Source of the DNA: Orbicella franksi
Taxonomy: Eukaryota
Assembly: GCA_964199315.1 (NCBI GenBank)
Contig: OZ116712.1
Span: 3,906,001-3,970,000, forward strand
Reading direction: 5' to 3'
DNA: 64,000 nucleotides
Shown here: one piece after another, positions 54,401 to 64,000 of the stretch
Numbering within the stretch: the stretch's first letter is position 1
How the letters are laid out: the number at the start of each line of letters is the position of its first letter
The notes under the pieces: generated by a model
Told to the model about the DNA's origin: nothing
What the model saw: the letters and a program-made list of their open reading frames with translations, nothing else
Database searches by the model: none
Translations under genes and position numbers: made by a program

Positions 54401-57400
54401 AACTAACTGGTTTGAGTGGTTGTATTAATGGGGTAAAGTTACAAAGGATTATGCAGGTTCGGATTTCAGAATGTGGCCACTGGCCATATTAATGGGTGGC
54501 CTCCTTAAGTAATAAGTTTTCTAGTAAGGAAACGTATGGGCGTTTTGCCAGGACAAAAAAAGTGGCCAACTGATAACAAGGTGACCGTAAGGCAGAGTTT
54601 CACTGACTTGATATGTAACCTCAGCCTTATAGGTATGGAATGCCTGAAAAGGGGTACATACATGTAGCTGGTGTTTCCAAGGATGTATTTTGTGATTGTA
54701 TTTCTTTTGATGCTACATAAATAATCTCACCATAAAATGGCAATTTTAATTATTGTTATTAAAACTGCCATTATGATTGTCAGTTTGTAGCCTAACTACT
54801 TTGTAGCCTAACAACTACACACAGGGCTTGAGAGCACATATGAGTTGCAACCTTGTAAAGTAGAATTTTATTTGTTGATTGAGCACAGTGATTACCCTCC
54901 TTTCTTAATTTCAGGGGCCTTTTTCTTGGCTGAACTCATAGAGGCTCAAGATGAAAAAAATAAGTGCGTTGTCGCCGATGTAAGTTGACATCACTAGAAA
55001 AATGCACTTGTTGTAATCACGTGCAGCTTATTAGGACATCTTCAGTATTAAATTGGTAATCATGAATTGGATAATGATTAATTTAATTTTACTGATTTTG
55101 TTCTCAGGTGAAGGGCACTGCTGTCGGCTTTATGAGTGTTTGCTCAACTGTTGATGTAGAATTGCTGAGCAATTGTTTTGACCTCAAACCATTTAATGGC
55201 TTGCGAAAATTACGAGGGTTAACTCCACCCAGAGGTACGTTTACAACCGTTAATGATTTGCTTGGTATTTCAACAGGGTTTTGACTTGCAGTGACCCAAT
55301 AATGGAGGCCAAGTTCTGCAGTTTCAAAGGGAGGTGACATTAGCACTTGGTCTGTCAATGTGATCACTTTGTCAGTTGGTCAGTTGTTAGATTGATTTTT
55401 CATCAGTTGGTCGAGAGGCCTTGTTTGTGAATTGTCACTGAGTGAGACAATAGCTCTAAAGTACTGCAGTTGGCAGTGAAGCATTGAGCATTTTCTTCTG
55501 AAAACATGTCAAAACAAGCACAAAGGATATTCACAGTGCAGTAAACATGCTGTTTTTGTTTCAATTTTACAGTGGCAAGTCCTGAGAAAGTATCAAGGTT
55601 GACACCATTAGAGGAGCAAGTATCAAAGTCAACTCCAAGGTCGTCTCCGATTGAACAACAAGAAGAAAGGTCAGTTGTAGCAGAAAACATCGCAATTCTA
55701 ATTATGTCAAGCTTTAGGATAGGATAGGAAGCCTTTATTTCAACACGATTAGTTTTAAAGCTAAAAGCTTGTGGGGTCGTGTATAAAATAAAAGAAAGAA
55801 CTAATAACAATGTGATAATAAGTAAAAATTTTAAAACTACTAACCTTATAAGAACCTGATCTATATAGACTGCAATAGTTGCCGTGTAAGTGGATTTGGT
55901 GACAGGCATTTTGTTTTACTCCTGATGAAATGGCAGAGATTATGCTAAACTTTCCCTTCATGTTTTTGCTTATCAATGGAATAGCTGTGAATAGTCCACA
56001 AAGGTGGAAAGAACTACATGTAAGTCAAGAGCATGTGTCAAAAAAAAGGTGGACCGTTTCGTAAAGCTTGTTTTTTATTAGTTCTTATTAAATTGCTTTA
56101 TTATATTTTGAAATGATATCAATAATTTACCCACTTTATTAGGTCAAACGACTCCCGAACTGAGCTGGAAAAAGTTGAAAAAGAAGAAGTGCAGGTACAG
56201 GCTGTATCGTTAATTGTACTTAATATTCTATATTAAGTGAAAATTGCATAAAACAATAGATTTAGGCAACAAGAAATTCAGGCTGCCTCCCTATTTTATC
56301 AGTAGTAGTTTTTAAAGTAGTATCAACATGCAATCAAGTTACTTAATATGTTATTTAAATTTTCAGCAGAATGTTTGATCATTTTGTCCTTTAAGTGTGG
56401 GTTTTTCATGATACCTTTTTACTGTCCAGCTGTAGGCCCGGTTGTTCAAAACCACGATTAAACTAACGTCCGATTAAGCCTAGTGGTTGATTAAATTTCC
56501 TAATCGTGGGTTAGAAAACGGCTGTTCAAAAGGAGATTAATTTGCCGATTAACTAATCCGTGATTAAGCGTAAAGTGGATTATTTTAATTGATTATAAAA
56601 CTTTTGTTTTCAAATGGCTTCCCCGGCGAAAAAACTGCCCGTAAAACTTAACTGTTGCCTTGTTTACTCCAACGGTATCGCCGATAACTTGAAGAAAGTT
56701 GCCACTAGCATGAAATTTTACTGCTAGCAGCACTAAGTCTATTGGTACAAGAGCATGGCCACGCTTCGTTTTTCTCCACAAATCTGCCTCTATGAGGTTT
56801 GTGATGTATTCAATGGACACTCTCCCGAATCTCTAATGAGTCCGAAGTTCTTGCTCGCTATAAGTGAGTATGTTATGATTATATCAATAACATTGTCCAA
56901 GGCGAGGGAGATGAAACAACAAGCCGGACATTTTTCTTCAAGTTTAATCGGCAGATTAGAGAGTTAATTCTCCTCCGGAGGTGAATTAAATTAAACCCGC
57001 CGATTAGAGTTTGATTAGCGCTAATCGGGCTTTGAGCAATGCAATCTGATCGCAGATTAAATTTTAATTGTCGGTTAAGCAATTTAATCCTCGATTAGCA
57101 CTAATCGCGGTTTTGAACAACCGGGCCCTAGTAAAGCTTACTCTCTGAGGCAGTGTGCCCATGTCCACCGCATGGTAAAAAAAGTTTTCTTTAATTGTCA
57201 TGTTTTGACAACTGCAAAGGAATCAATCCCTGAGAAGCGTAAATGTAATAACATATTTGGGGGATTACATGCAGTGGCATTCAAACTGGAGGAAACTGTA
57301 AAATAATTCTTTACCAGGGTAGAGACAAATTTATTATGAATGGCAGAGATTAAAGATTTCACTGAAGCTCTAGGACAACACAGTACTTTATCATGCTAGG

Positions 57401-60400
57401 GCAATACCAAAAGCCTAACAAAAATGTCACAACATGGCAAATGGGATCAATTGGTTACTGGGCAGTGAAGACAGATTACATTGTACAGTCTTGTAATTAA
57501 CAGTAAACTTGAAAATCTTTGTTCTATTCCAACAGCCAACACAAGGGGCAACCTTTGAAGAAGAAAGTGCATTCTGTATCCAGCTGTTCTGCATTGATGA
57601 AAAATATGAAATGAGGTTGGTAATAACATTAACCTGTATTGATTATTGCAGTGAGGACACTCGAACCGTGAATGCTTGAGATTTCATCCCTATAACAAAG
57701 ATAATAATAAAGATTTTTATAACGCTAGTATCCTGAAGTTCAAAGGCGCTCTACAATACAAAGAAATCTAAAAAGTTATCTAAAAATTAAAGACATTAGT
57801 CTAAAATAAATTGCAAAAAGGTTTTTTCTTAAAAAAAGAAATGTTTTGAGTCTATTTTTAAAGATGGACACAGACAAACTACAGTATTTCCTATTTCAAA
57901 TGGTGGTACATTCCATAGTGTAGGTGCTGCCACGGAGAGGGATGTTGCGCCATATGTTTTCAAGTTATAAGACGGAGTTAAAACTGAGAAGATGAGTAAA
58001 ATCTTGAAAATAATACGTTGATTCACCGGAAGCCAATGACTTATCAGAGTATTTAGCATTATTACACAGTAAAAACCCCCATAAATCTTGTACGTTATAC
58101 AAAGATCCTTCACTCTATATTCACCAGAAAAATGTACCGAACAAAAGTCAAGTGTTCATGGCTAGCGTATCCTTACTGATGTAGTACATAGCTTGCCGAG
58201 GATGGTCTGTCTCAGTTTTGGCTCCATCAGCTGATGCAATGCACCAAAACAAAGCTATTATTTTTCCTTACAGGTCTATAGATTTTCTTCCAGCTGTTTT
58301 CGACTTGTTTCCAGTAAGTACCGAATTACAGCATGCTTGGTCATGTACTAAATTTTGAGATACAGCTTCAAGTAGGCATTAATTGATACAACTGAACCAA
58401 CTCTACTTTTTTTTTCTCTAAACAGGAGAAAGATTACTGCATTCTCACGACGCCTCATCTTGTACCAGAGTTTCCACTTCTGCAATCATTTGTCGTAAGT
58501 TTATCTTGTATTTTTGTGGTATGTCATTAAATATCACCAATTAAACAATTTCACTATAAAAGTTAACGTTTTTAAATCTGTTTCTCAAAAATTTGTTGAT
58601 TTCAATTAAACAATGCCATGAAAACAACAACGTGAAATGACCAAAATAATTCTGTGTGAACCAACAATGGCTTATTTTTTTTGAAGTCCTATTTCGAATT
58701 TAACATTGTGTTAATGTGATAACGTTAGGGCGGTTAAGCAACGACGATGACGACGCCAAGGACGACGCCTAGTAGAAAATGAACTCATATTTTACAACCG
58801 AAATTCGCGATTGTCTAGATCTGTTCAGTACGCCAGTGGCTCTAAAAACGTACTTAAGCGAAATATGCAACGACGGAGTTCAGTTCCAAATGGAAATACG
58901 AAAAATTAGCCGTCGTCGTCCACGTTTCGTAGACGACGTCTTAAATTCCCTATCTGCTTGCACTCAGAACCATTATGGTTCTTCTTTCAGAGAGTTACTC
59001 CAAGGAAGTACAGTACTTTATCACACGAGCTGTACGTCTTTCACAGATGGGGTCTCATTGAGTAAGTTTTTGTTTCCTTTAAAACACTGATTCTCAATAT
59101 ACACACTGTATGAGGTACACTATTTCTTGTAGTTTAACACTTTGTAAAATCACTGAAAATCTAGGGAGTGCGATTTTTACATTATTCCCTTTATTAAGTT
59201 TGTTGAGGAATAGTAATTCTAGTAATAGTGTAATTGGTACATTAATACCTTTTTTCGGTGGTTTTGCGTGTCTTGGCATTTTGAGGCAGTAATATGTGCT
59301 TTGTTTTATTGTTCAACATAGGCAAGCATCGTGGTACAGAAAATTCATTATTTATCTTTTGGTGTCTTTTATAGGTCATTTCATGTCAGACCCTGTACTT
59401 CAGCTGATACAGACGGGATTCGGTCAGTTGTTTCACAGCTCAATGGAGCAGATATAATAATGAGGTAAACAGAAAAGACATACCTCTTTGACTAACCAAG
59501 TTCGAGGTCCGTTCTGTAAGTTATTGACCCAATTTTCCCCTTTCGATTTATGGCTTAAGTGCGAAAATCTAATAAAACCAAAGTTGTTGTGGATACATGG
59601 AAACCTATGATCCCATTTTGTTTCGTACTGCATCAGTTACTTCACTGACGAGTCTGTTTTTTCTTTTTTTTCTTGCAGAGATGTTCAACAGTACAACAGT
59701 GATCGGAGAGACGCAGTATGTATTTTTATATCCTGCCAAAAAATTCTGCTTCATCTTTGCCAATCCTGCGCTCAGCCTGCCATCGCAAACTCTTGAGGGG
59801 AACCAAAAATCGTTTCGGATGGTGGGGGCCCGTTCAAAGTAGCTCTGCTGATAGAAAATGAACGAAAATGCTATTGAAGGAAGAGTGATTTGTGTTCAAG
59901 ATGGTAGGGATACGAGATAACCAAGCTCGAGAAAGCGACATTTAAGAGTACATTAAGTCTAAGCAATACCGAATGCTGCCCTATTTGATCCTTAGTTTGC
60001 ACGAATAGTTCGGGAGTTTCTTTTTGATTCTAATTCCTTATCGCTTAACACATTGTTGCAGGATGGCATAGAAATTCAATGTTTTGTAGCACAGAGTATG
60101 GATCAAGTTGTGGGCGTTGCACTTCTCAGACGAGAAGAGGTATGTGCAGTGAAGACATTTAAAGTAGCAGATATGAACTCTTAGTTTTAATTTTGCAGTA
60201 CACCGATAACGTTAAAATTTTCGGATCCAAACGTCGTTGAAAGCCCTGTATAAGAACACCTAACACTTCCATTTTAAAGTGAGAAAGGGCCATTCCCGAT
60301 CAAACTGTTTTTAATAGCAGACAGGATAAGAGAAGTACATGTAAACCAGGATTAAAGGATGATTTGCCGAGCGGCAAATTAACTATAGGTGGCGGAGACC

Positions 60401-63400
60401 AAATTGTCTGCTGCCTAGGGAGGGTGGTAGTGAGGGTGGAGGCATTCGGGTTTTACAGACTGCATGTAAATTGATTTGTCAATAAAGAGGTCGTTTTCTA
60501 CCTTACTCGGAGCATGGTGCGATATTTTCTAGCTTACATCTGTCATCTTTGTAGAGGACTTATTTGATTTCAAAACTCTACAACATATTGATTGGGTGAA
60601 AGAAAGTTCATTCAGTTCCAAGGTATTGATTTAAGCTACGTAATTTCAACACTTAAATGTTTGTATTTTGTTTGTTTTGCAGGAGATAGAATACATCCGT
60701 TCTCATTTTAACATTGAGGACTTCATCTACTTCAATCACCACAAAAGAGATGAACATGCTCATTTATTCCATTTTGCTCTGAATCCTGTATTCCAGCAAT
60801 ACTCCAAACACTTTCTCAAGGTACAAAACACATTCTTTGTTGTGTTTCATTTCAAATTTTTTCGTCCCCTCTTTCCTCGCGAGAGAAGCAACTAAGATTC
60901 GACCTAAAAAAGACTCTAGCTGTACTTTGCAGTTAGATTATGAACTGGAGATTTCTTTCTCGTGATAGCTGACGAGGGCGCAGCTCGAGTCGACTATCAT
61001 GCGTAGAAAACGAGAGCGAATAATTTAATTGTTTCAGTATAAATCTACTAGTCGCTCAAAAGTTAAACAAAAATCCTCTTAGACAGTTCTTAAACCCAAA
61101 AAAGAGACGGTCATTTTGTCAACAACCGCTCATTGCTACGCTACTCACTCACTATCTACAACAGAATAGATGGTGAGTAGCGTAGCCAATCAGAGAACGG
61201 CATTCGTGATAGAACGCTAGTAGAATAGATTTAAATTTAAGCGTGTTAGACTTCAACACAAAGTGACAACCAATCATTCTTGGTAGAGCTTCTCGATCGA
61301 GGGAAGGCCTGAGTGCTGGTGCGTGGAAAATGTATATTTATTTACTCAAGGCATGGTAAGGTCAGGAATGTTCAATTGTTAAGATAAATATATATTTTCT
61401 TTTCAACGCAGGAAGTGTTAAGACTGGCCCACAAATCCTGCTTGTACTATCCCGTGTACCCGCAATACGCGACACAAACAGTGAGTTGATAAGAATTGAG
61501 CTTGTATTCCGTAACAAAATGATGAACATTTTCGCCTTGAAATCTCTTAGCCCTAGAGCGTAGCTTGAACCGAAACTTCAGCTTTCATTTTTGTTTTGTT
61601 TCCAGAGTTCCAAACCCCACACGACTGTGACTGCCCTAAATGACCTGGTACCGATCAGGTAAGTAAACCTACTTTTTTTTTATGACCACTTCATAGATCA
61701 TTTTATGTTACAGAATTACCAACATTGTGACATATTTAGGCCCGACTGGAGAAATTTGAAAACGGCGTTTTCACTCTGAAAAGGCATCAAATGTTTTCCG
61801 TCCACAGTAAGCCCGGGAGAAAATGAAAACGCGACAATCACCGTTCGTTTTCGCTTTGTGTTTGAGAGAAACTCGGACAGGGAAAAAAAATGAGTATTGT
61901 AACTTCATTGTTTTCGAAAAGCTCCTTTTTCCAAATTGTTTTCTGTCCACATTAAAACGAAAAGCCGGCGTTTTCAAATTCCTCCGTTTCGAAAAGCGGT
62001 TTTGAAAAGCTGCGTTTTCGTGACGGATTAGTGTGGACGTTGCGCCTAACCATAGAAATAAAGCTGCGTTTTCCAATTTCTCCGGCGTAGTGTGGCCGGG
62101 GCTTTAATAATTATCGTAGCCTCATTTCTCCTTTTGTTTTCTAGCCGCTGTTAATGAAATCGTTTTTTTTTTTTTTTTTTTTGGCAACAGAGCTCGTCGC
62201 CAAATCATTTACCCATTAGATGAACTTGGTGGAAATGCCCCGTCACAACGGATTTTAGCAAACAAGGTATCTTGACGGACTTTGTTTTTTTGTCGGATAT
62301 ACGTGGTTTGGATATTTGGATGTTTGGCTAGGGATGAATGTTTCGTAACGCTCTTTTCCTATCTTACAACTCCACAGGAACCGTTTTCCTTGGCGCATTT
62401 GAACAGAAAGCTGACTTTGGAACCAAAGGTAAGATTAAGTTAGAAAATGGGGCAGTCACTGTCAGAGCAAATGGATTGTTACTTTTCACAGAGATGATAC
62501 GTACTGACTGTCGAGTTCTTCAATTGGTGAAGAGAAATGATCGCGCATCATGCTTTAATTCATCCCAACAATTTTTCAATGAATCAAATCTAGGACAAAA
62601 TTCATTGGTTCACCTTCTAAGACACAGTGTCGCCAGTCGAGTCACAAGAAAATTAAGGAACGTTTTAATCTTAATATGTTTGTGTTTTCTAATTCTGCAG
62701 GTCACCATCAATGCTCGCATTGTAGTTGTTGGAGCATCAGATGTGGGAATCTCTTTCCTTGAAACTTTTGTGTTTTGGTGAGTAAAAGTGTCAAGCACTC
62801 TCTCTTCCTGACAAAGTCAAATTACGTCTCCTCCTAACAAATTTTCATGTAGTATTATGTGTGTTCTTAGAATGGCAGTCTTTAAAAGTTACTTCTAACA
62901 CGAGAATCGAGCCTAGACGTTTTGTTTAACGGAGAACTACTTTAAAATTGTCACCACACTACTCTATGACTGCATTATGAAGCTATATAGCCTGCCAGCA
63001 GGCTCACGTTGGAGCACAAGCGCGAGCGCGAAATCGAGCGGCTTCACTTTCTTGGCGCCTCTTCACCAGACTCTTCCCGCGGGATCGCTTCGCTTTTCGC
63101 CGCTCGCGCGTGTGACTCAAACGTGAAGCTGCTCGCAGGCTAGAGGCTAGAAAAAGTACTGTTTTTCAAGGAAGCACTGAAAAAATGTATGAAGTCTTCT
63201 GAATTGCCCATTGCTTGTTAACGAATTATCATGCCTCAGTCTTGGAGCTGAGCAAACATAAGTATATTTATTCCTGTAACTTCCATTGGTAAGTTGTATC
63301 TTATTTCATTTGCAGCCCACATCTTCGTTTTAACAATCTGACGCTGGTCTCTACACATGGAATGCCGGGCCAATTGAATCCCGATGAATTGCGTTCAAAA

Positions 63401-63986
63401 TGCCTTCCTTCAAGGTATTTGTTCTCAAGACCGTAACCTGAAGTTCTAAAAAGTCAGAATTTGGGCTAAACTACAGAATACAGGGCTACTTTTAATCATC
63501 CAACAAACGAGCCGGATCGTTTAGCTCGTTTGCTCCTTTGCAATCCACTGCCGAGCAAAACGAGCCACTAAATATATAGACGTTATAAGGACTTAACGCA
63601 TATAAAGATTATTCCTCGTTCTTTTATCCACTGCCGAGCTAAGCGAGCCAAACGAGCCACTAAATATGTAGACCTAGGACTTAACGCATATACAGGTTAT
63701 TGCTCGTTCTTTCATCCACTGCCGGGACAAACGAGCCAAACGAGCCACTAAAGGTATGCAACTTCAAAAGTGGCTCTGTATTGCGTAGTTGCCCTGTATT
63801 GTAGTGTTTTTGACAGTTAGGGGCCTGACAAATCCAAAAGTCTGAAACAATGTTCGAGATTGAGAGAAGTGCTAATGGCTCGCTGTGCTTTGATTGTAGT
63901 CAGTGCTATACTCAAGAGGATTTGGTGCACATGGCGTTGGAGACCTGGGTCAAAATTGTTGAAGGGAAACTCATAGCACTTGACAG
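50746..63986 (+). CDS. CFAP61: Cilia- and flagella-associated protein 61, 5' part (25 exons, ~690 aa; continues right of the window)
   Basis: Joined GT-AG exons give MTSTPEVIQARRTESLDAPEI..., RVEDHDDLTPIF, FFLAELIEAQDE, AFCIQLFCIDEKYEMRSIDFLP, EIEYIRSHFNIEDFIYF, VTINARIVVVGASDVGISFLETF. These match vertebrate CFAP61/C20orf26 motifs recalled from memory. Confidence 0.95.
51358..51407. repeat. (TAT)n microsatellite
   Basis: Directly visible. Confidence 0.95.
51861..52011 (+). CDS. CFAP61: CFAP61 exon 2
   Basis: EKASLAVTLVNANNDVMGHAAFFDHPN...KCN. Confidence 0.93.
52966..53042 (+). CDS. CFAP61: CFAP61 exon 3
   Basis: PLNTLFMNYFVAKSDFAYGCATEII. Confidence 0.93.
53191..53258 (+). CDS. CFAP61: CFAP61 exon 4
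   Basis: TVFNAVPFLHYIFLVVPRGVET. Confidence 0.93.
53474..53600 (+). CDS. CFAP61: CFAP61 exon 5
   Basis: GSTLTELFKPM...VQVCHRHDHCAKLHIRPA. Confidence 0.93.
53601..53775. repeat. (TCAG)n/(TCTG)n degenerate microsatellite starting at the exon 5 donor
   Basis: Directly visible. Confidence 0.9.
54089..54156 (+). CDS. CFAP61: CFAP61 exon 6
   Basis: RVEDHDDLTPIFNRQSDVLTSTY. Confidence 0.93.
54915..54979 (+). CDS. CFAP61: CFAP61 exon 7
   Basis: GAFFLAELIEAQDEKNKCVVAD. Confidence 0.93.
55108..55234 (+). CDS. CFAP61: CFAP61 exon 8
   Basis: VKGTAVGFMSVCSTVDVELLSNCFDLKPFNGLRK. Confidence 0.93.
55573..55669 (+). CDS. CFAP61: CFAP61 exon 9 (low-complexity linker)
   Basis: VASPEKVSRLTPLEEQVSKSTPRSSPIEQQEE; assigned by splice signals and phase only. 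Confidence 0.7.
56143..56194 (+). CDS. CFAP61: CFAP61 exon 10 (linker)
   Basis: SNDSRTELEKVEKEEVQ; phase 2-0 bridges exons 9 and 11. Confidence 0.65.
56435..57128 (-). mobile_element. Internally deleted PIF/Harbinger transposon with 5' transposase remnant
   Basis: TIR GGCCCGGTTGTTCAAAACC.CGATTA at both ends. Minus strand encodes a HARBI1-like N-terminus (..YSEQELR..RF..SIEYITNLIEADL.RKTKRGHAL..VLLAVKFHASGNFLQVIGDTVGVNKATV) with stops. Confidence 0.88.
57536..57615 (+). CDS. CFAP61: CFAP61 exon 11
   Basis: PTQGATFEEESAFCIQLFCIDEKYEM. Confidence 0.92.
58274..58313 (+). CDS. CFAP61: CFAP61 exon 12
   Basis: SIDFLPAVFDLFP. Confidence 0.92.
58426..58494 (+). CDS. CFAP61: CFAP61 exon 13
   Basis: EKDYCILTTPHLVPEFPLLQSFV. 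Confidence 0.93.
58727..58950. mobile_element. MITE (TAGGG..AAGCAACGACGA ... CCCTA type)
   Basis: TAGGGCGGTTAAGCAACGACG ... GACGTCTTAAATTCCCTA degenerate inverted ends. Confidence 0.55.
58991..59061 (+). CDS. CFAP61: CFAP61 exon 14
   Basis: RVTPRKYSTLSHELYVFHRWGLI. Confidence 0.93.
59375..59464 (+). CDS. CFAP61: CFAP61 exon 15
   Basis: SFHVRPCTSADTDGIRSVVSQLNGADIIM. Confidence 0.9.
59679..59715 (+). CDS. CFAP61: CFAP61 exon 16
   Basis: DVQQYNSDRRDA. Confidence 0.88.
60062..60139 (+). CDS. CFAP61: CFAP61 exon 17
   Basis: DGIEIQCFVAQSMDQVVGVALLRREE. Confidence 0.93.
60683..60820 (+). CDS. CFAP61: CFAP61 exon 18
   Basis: EIEYIRSHFNIEDFIYFNHHKRDEHAHLFHFALNPVFQQYSKHFLK. Confidence 0.95.
61412..61480 (+). 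CDS. CFAP61: CFAP61 exon 19
   Basis: EVLRLAHKSCLYYPVYPQYATQT. Confidence 0.93.
61606..61658 (+). CDS. CFAP61: CFAP61 exon 20
   Basis: SSKPHTTVTALNDLVPI. Confidence 0.9.
61738..62100. mobile_element. MITE family CCGTCCACAC..AATTTGAAAACG, copy
   Basis: Colinear with the 19660-19945 copy. Confidence 0.75.
62191..62266 (+). CDS. CFAP61: CFAP61 exon 21
   Basis: ARRQIIYPLDELGGNAPSQRILANK. Confidence 0.93.
62378..62428 (+). CDS. CFAP61: CFAP61 exon 22
   Basis: EPFSLAHLNRKLTLEPK. Confidence 0.93.
62701..62777 (+). CDS. CFAP61: CFAP61 exon 23 (start of Rossmann-like domain)
   Basis: VTINARIVVVGASDVGISFLETFVF. Confidence 0.95.
62988..63142. mobile_element. 155-bp MITE with TAGCCTG...CAGGCTA termini
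   Basis: TAGCCTGCCAGCAG ... CTGCTCGCAGGCTA inverted ends, GC-rich interior. Confidence 0.7.
63316..63414 (+). CDS. CFAP61: CFAP61 exon 24
   Basis: CPHLRFNNLTLVSTHGMPGQLNPDELRSKCLPS. Confidence 0.93.
63481..63778. mobile_element. ~298-bp TA-flanked MITE containing ~80-bp tandem units
   Basis: TA-CAGGGCTACTTTT ... AAAAGTGGCTCTG-TA; internal ATCCACTGCCG..AACGAGCCACTAAA x3. Confidence 0.7.
63900..63986 (+). CDS. CFAP61: CFAP61 exon 25
   Basis: QCYTQEDLVHMALETWVKIVEGKLIALD. Confidence 0.9.
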
Positions 63987-64000
63987 GTAGGGGACTGAAT

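Noticed and set aside
55985-56019. Possible extra CFAP61 micro-exon ending at a GTAAGT donor
   Set aside because: One acceptor gives an in-frame stop. The other ends in phase 0 and cannot join the phase-2 exon at 56143. Exons 9 and 10 already splice in frame.
63540-63752. Regularly spaced repeats resembling a CRISPR array (also 6590-7050 and 48935-49667)
   Set aside because: The 'spacers' are themselves repeated, there are no cas genes, and the context is eukaryotic introns and MITEs.

Overview
Eukaryotic, intron-rich animal DNA; the repeat families look cnidarian, probably a stony coral (inference). It holds two divergent multi-exon genes, both running off the window. (1) Minus strand, 38990 down to 547: the 5' part of a megalin/LRP2-like giant LDL-receptor-related protein. 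I traced 35 phase-consistent GT-AG exons (7439 nt, about 2480 codons): signal peptide, 6 LDLa, 2 EGF, YWTD, EGF, YWTD, EGF, 8 LDLa, 2 EGF, then YWTD/EGF units into a 6th propeller. (2) Plus strand, 50746 to 63986: CFAP61, 25 coding exons (2072 nt, about 690 codons), with an RFX X-box upstream. The 11.7-kb gap between them is a pile of nested mobile DNA. It includes a 2.85-kb TIR element (3-bp CTA TSD) with two divergent ORFs; a Penelope-like retroelement with inverted ends and hammerhead-like motifs inside a telomere-like 9-mer satellite; a 22-bp hAT-like relic; MITEs; and a 104-bp palindrome. Most notable oddities: a tandem-dimer hairpin element whose 12-nt core is exactly inverted between the two copies; sharp CpG-depleted domains downstream of both promoters; and EGF modules with 8 and 5 cysteines. 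All exon models, alignments and counts were done by eye, with no database searches. No CRISPR array, rRNA or true tRNA gene was seen.
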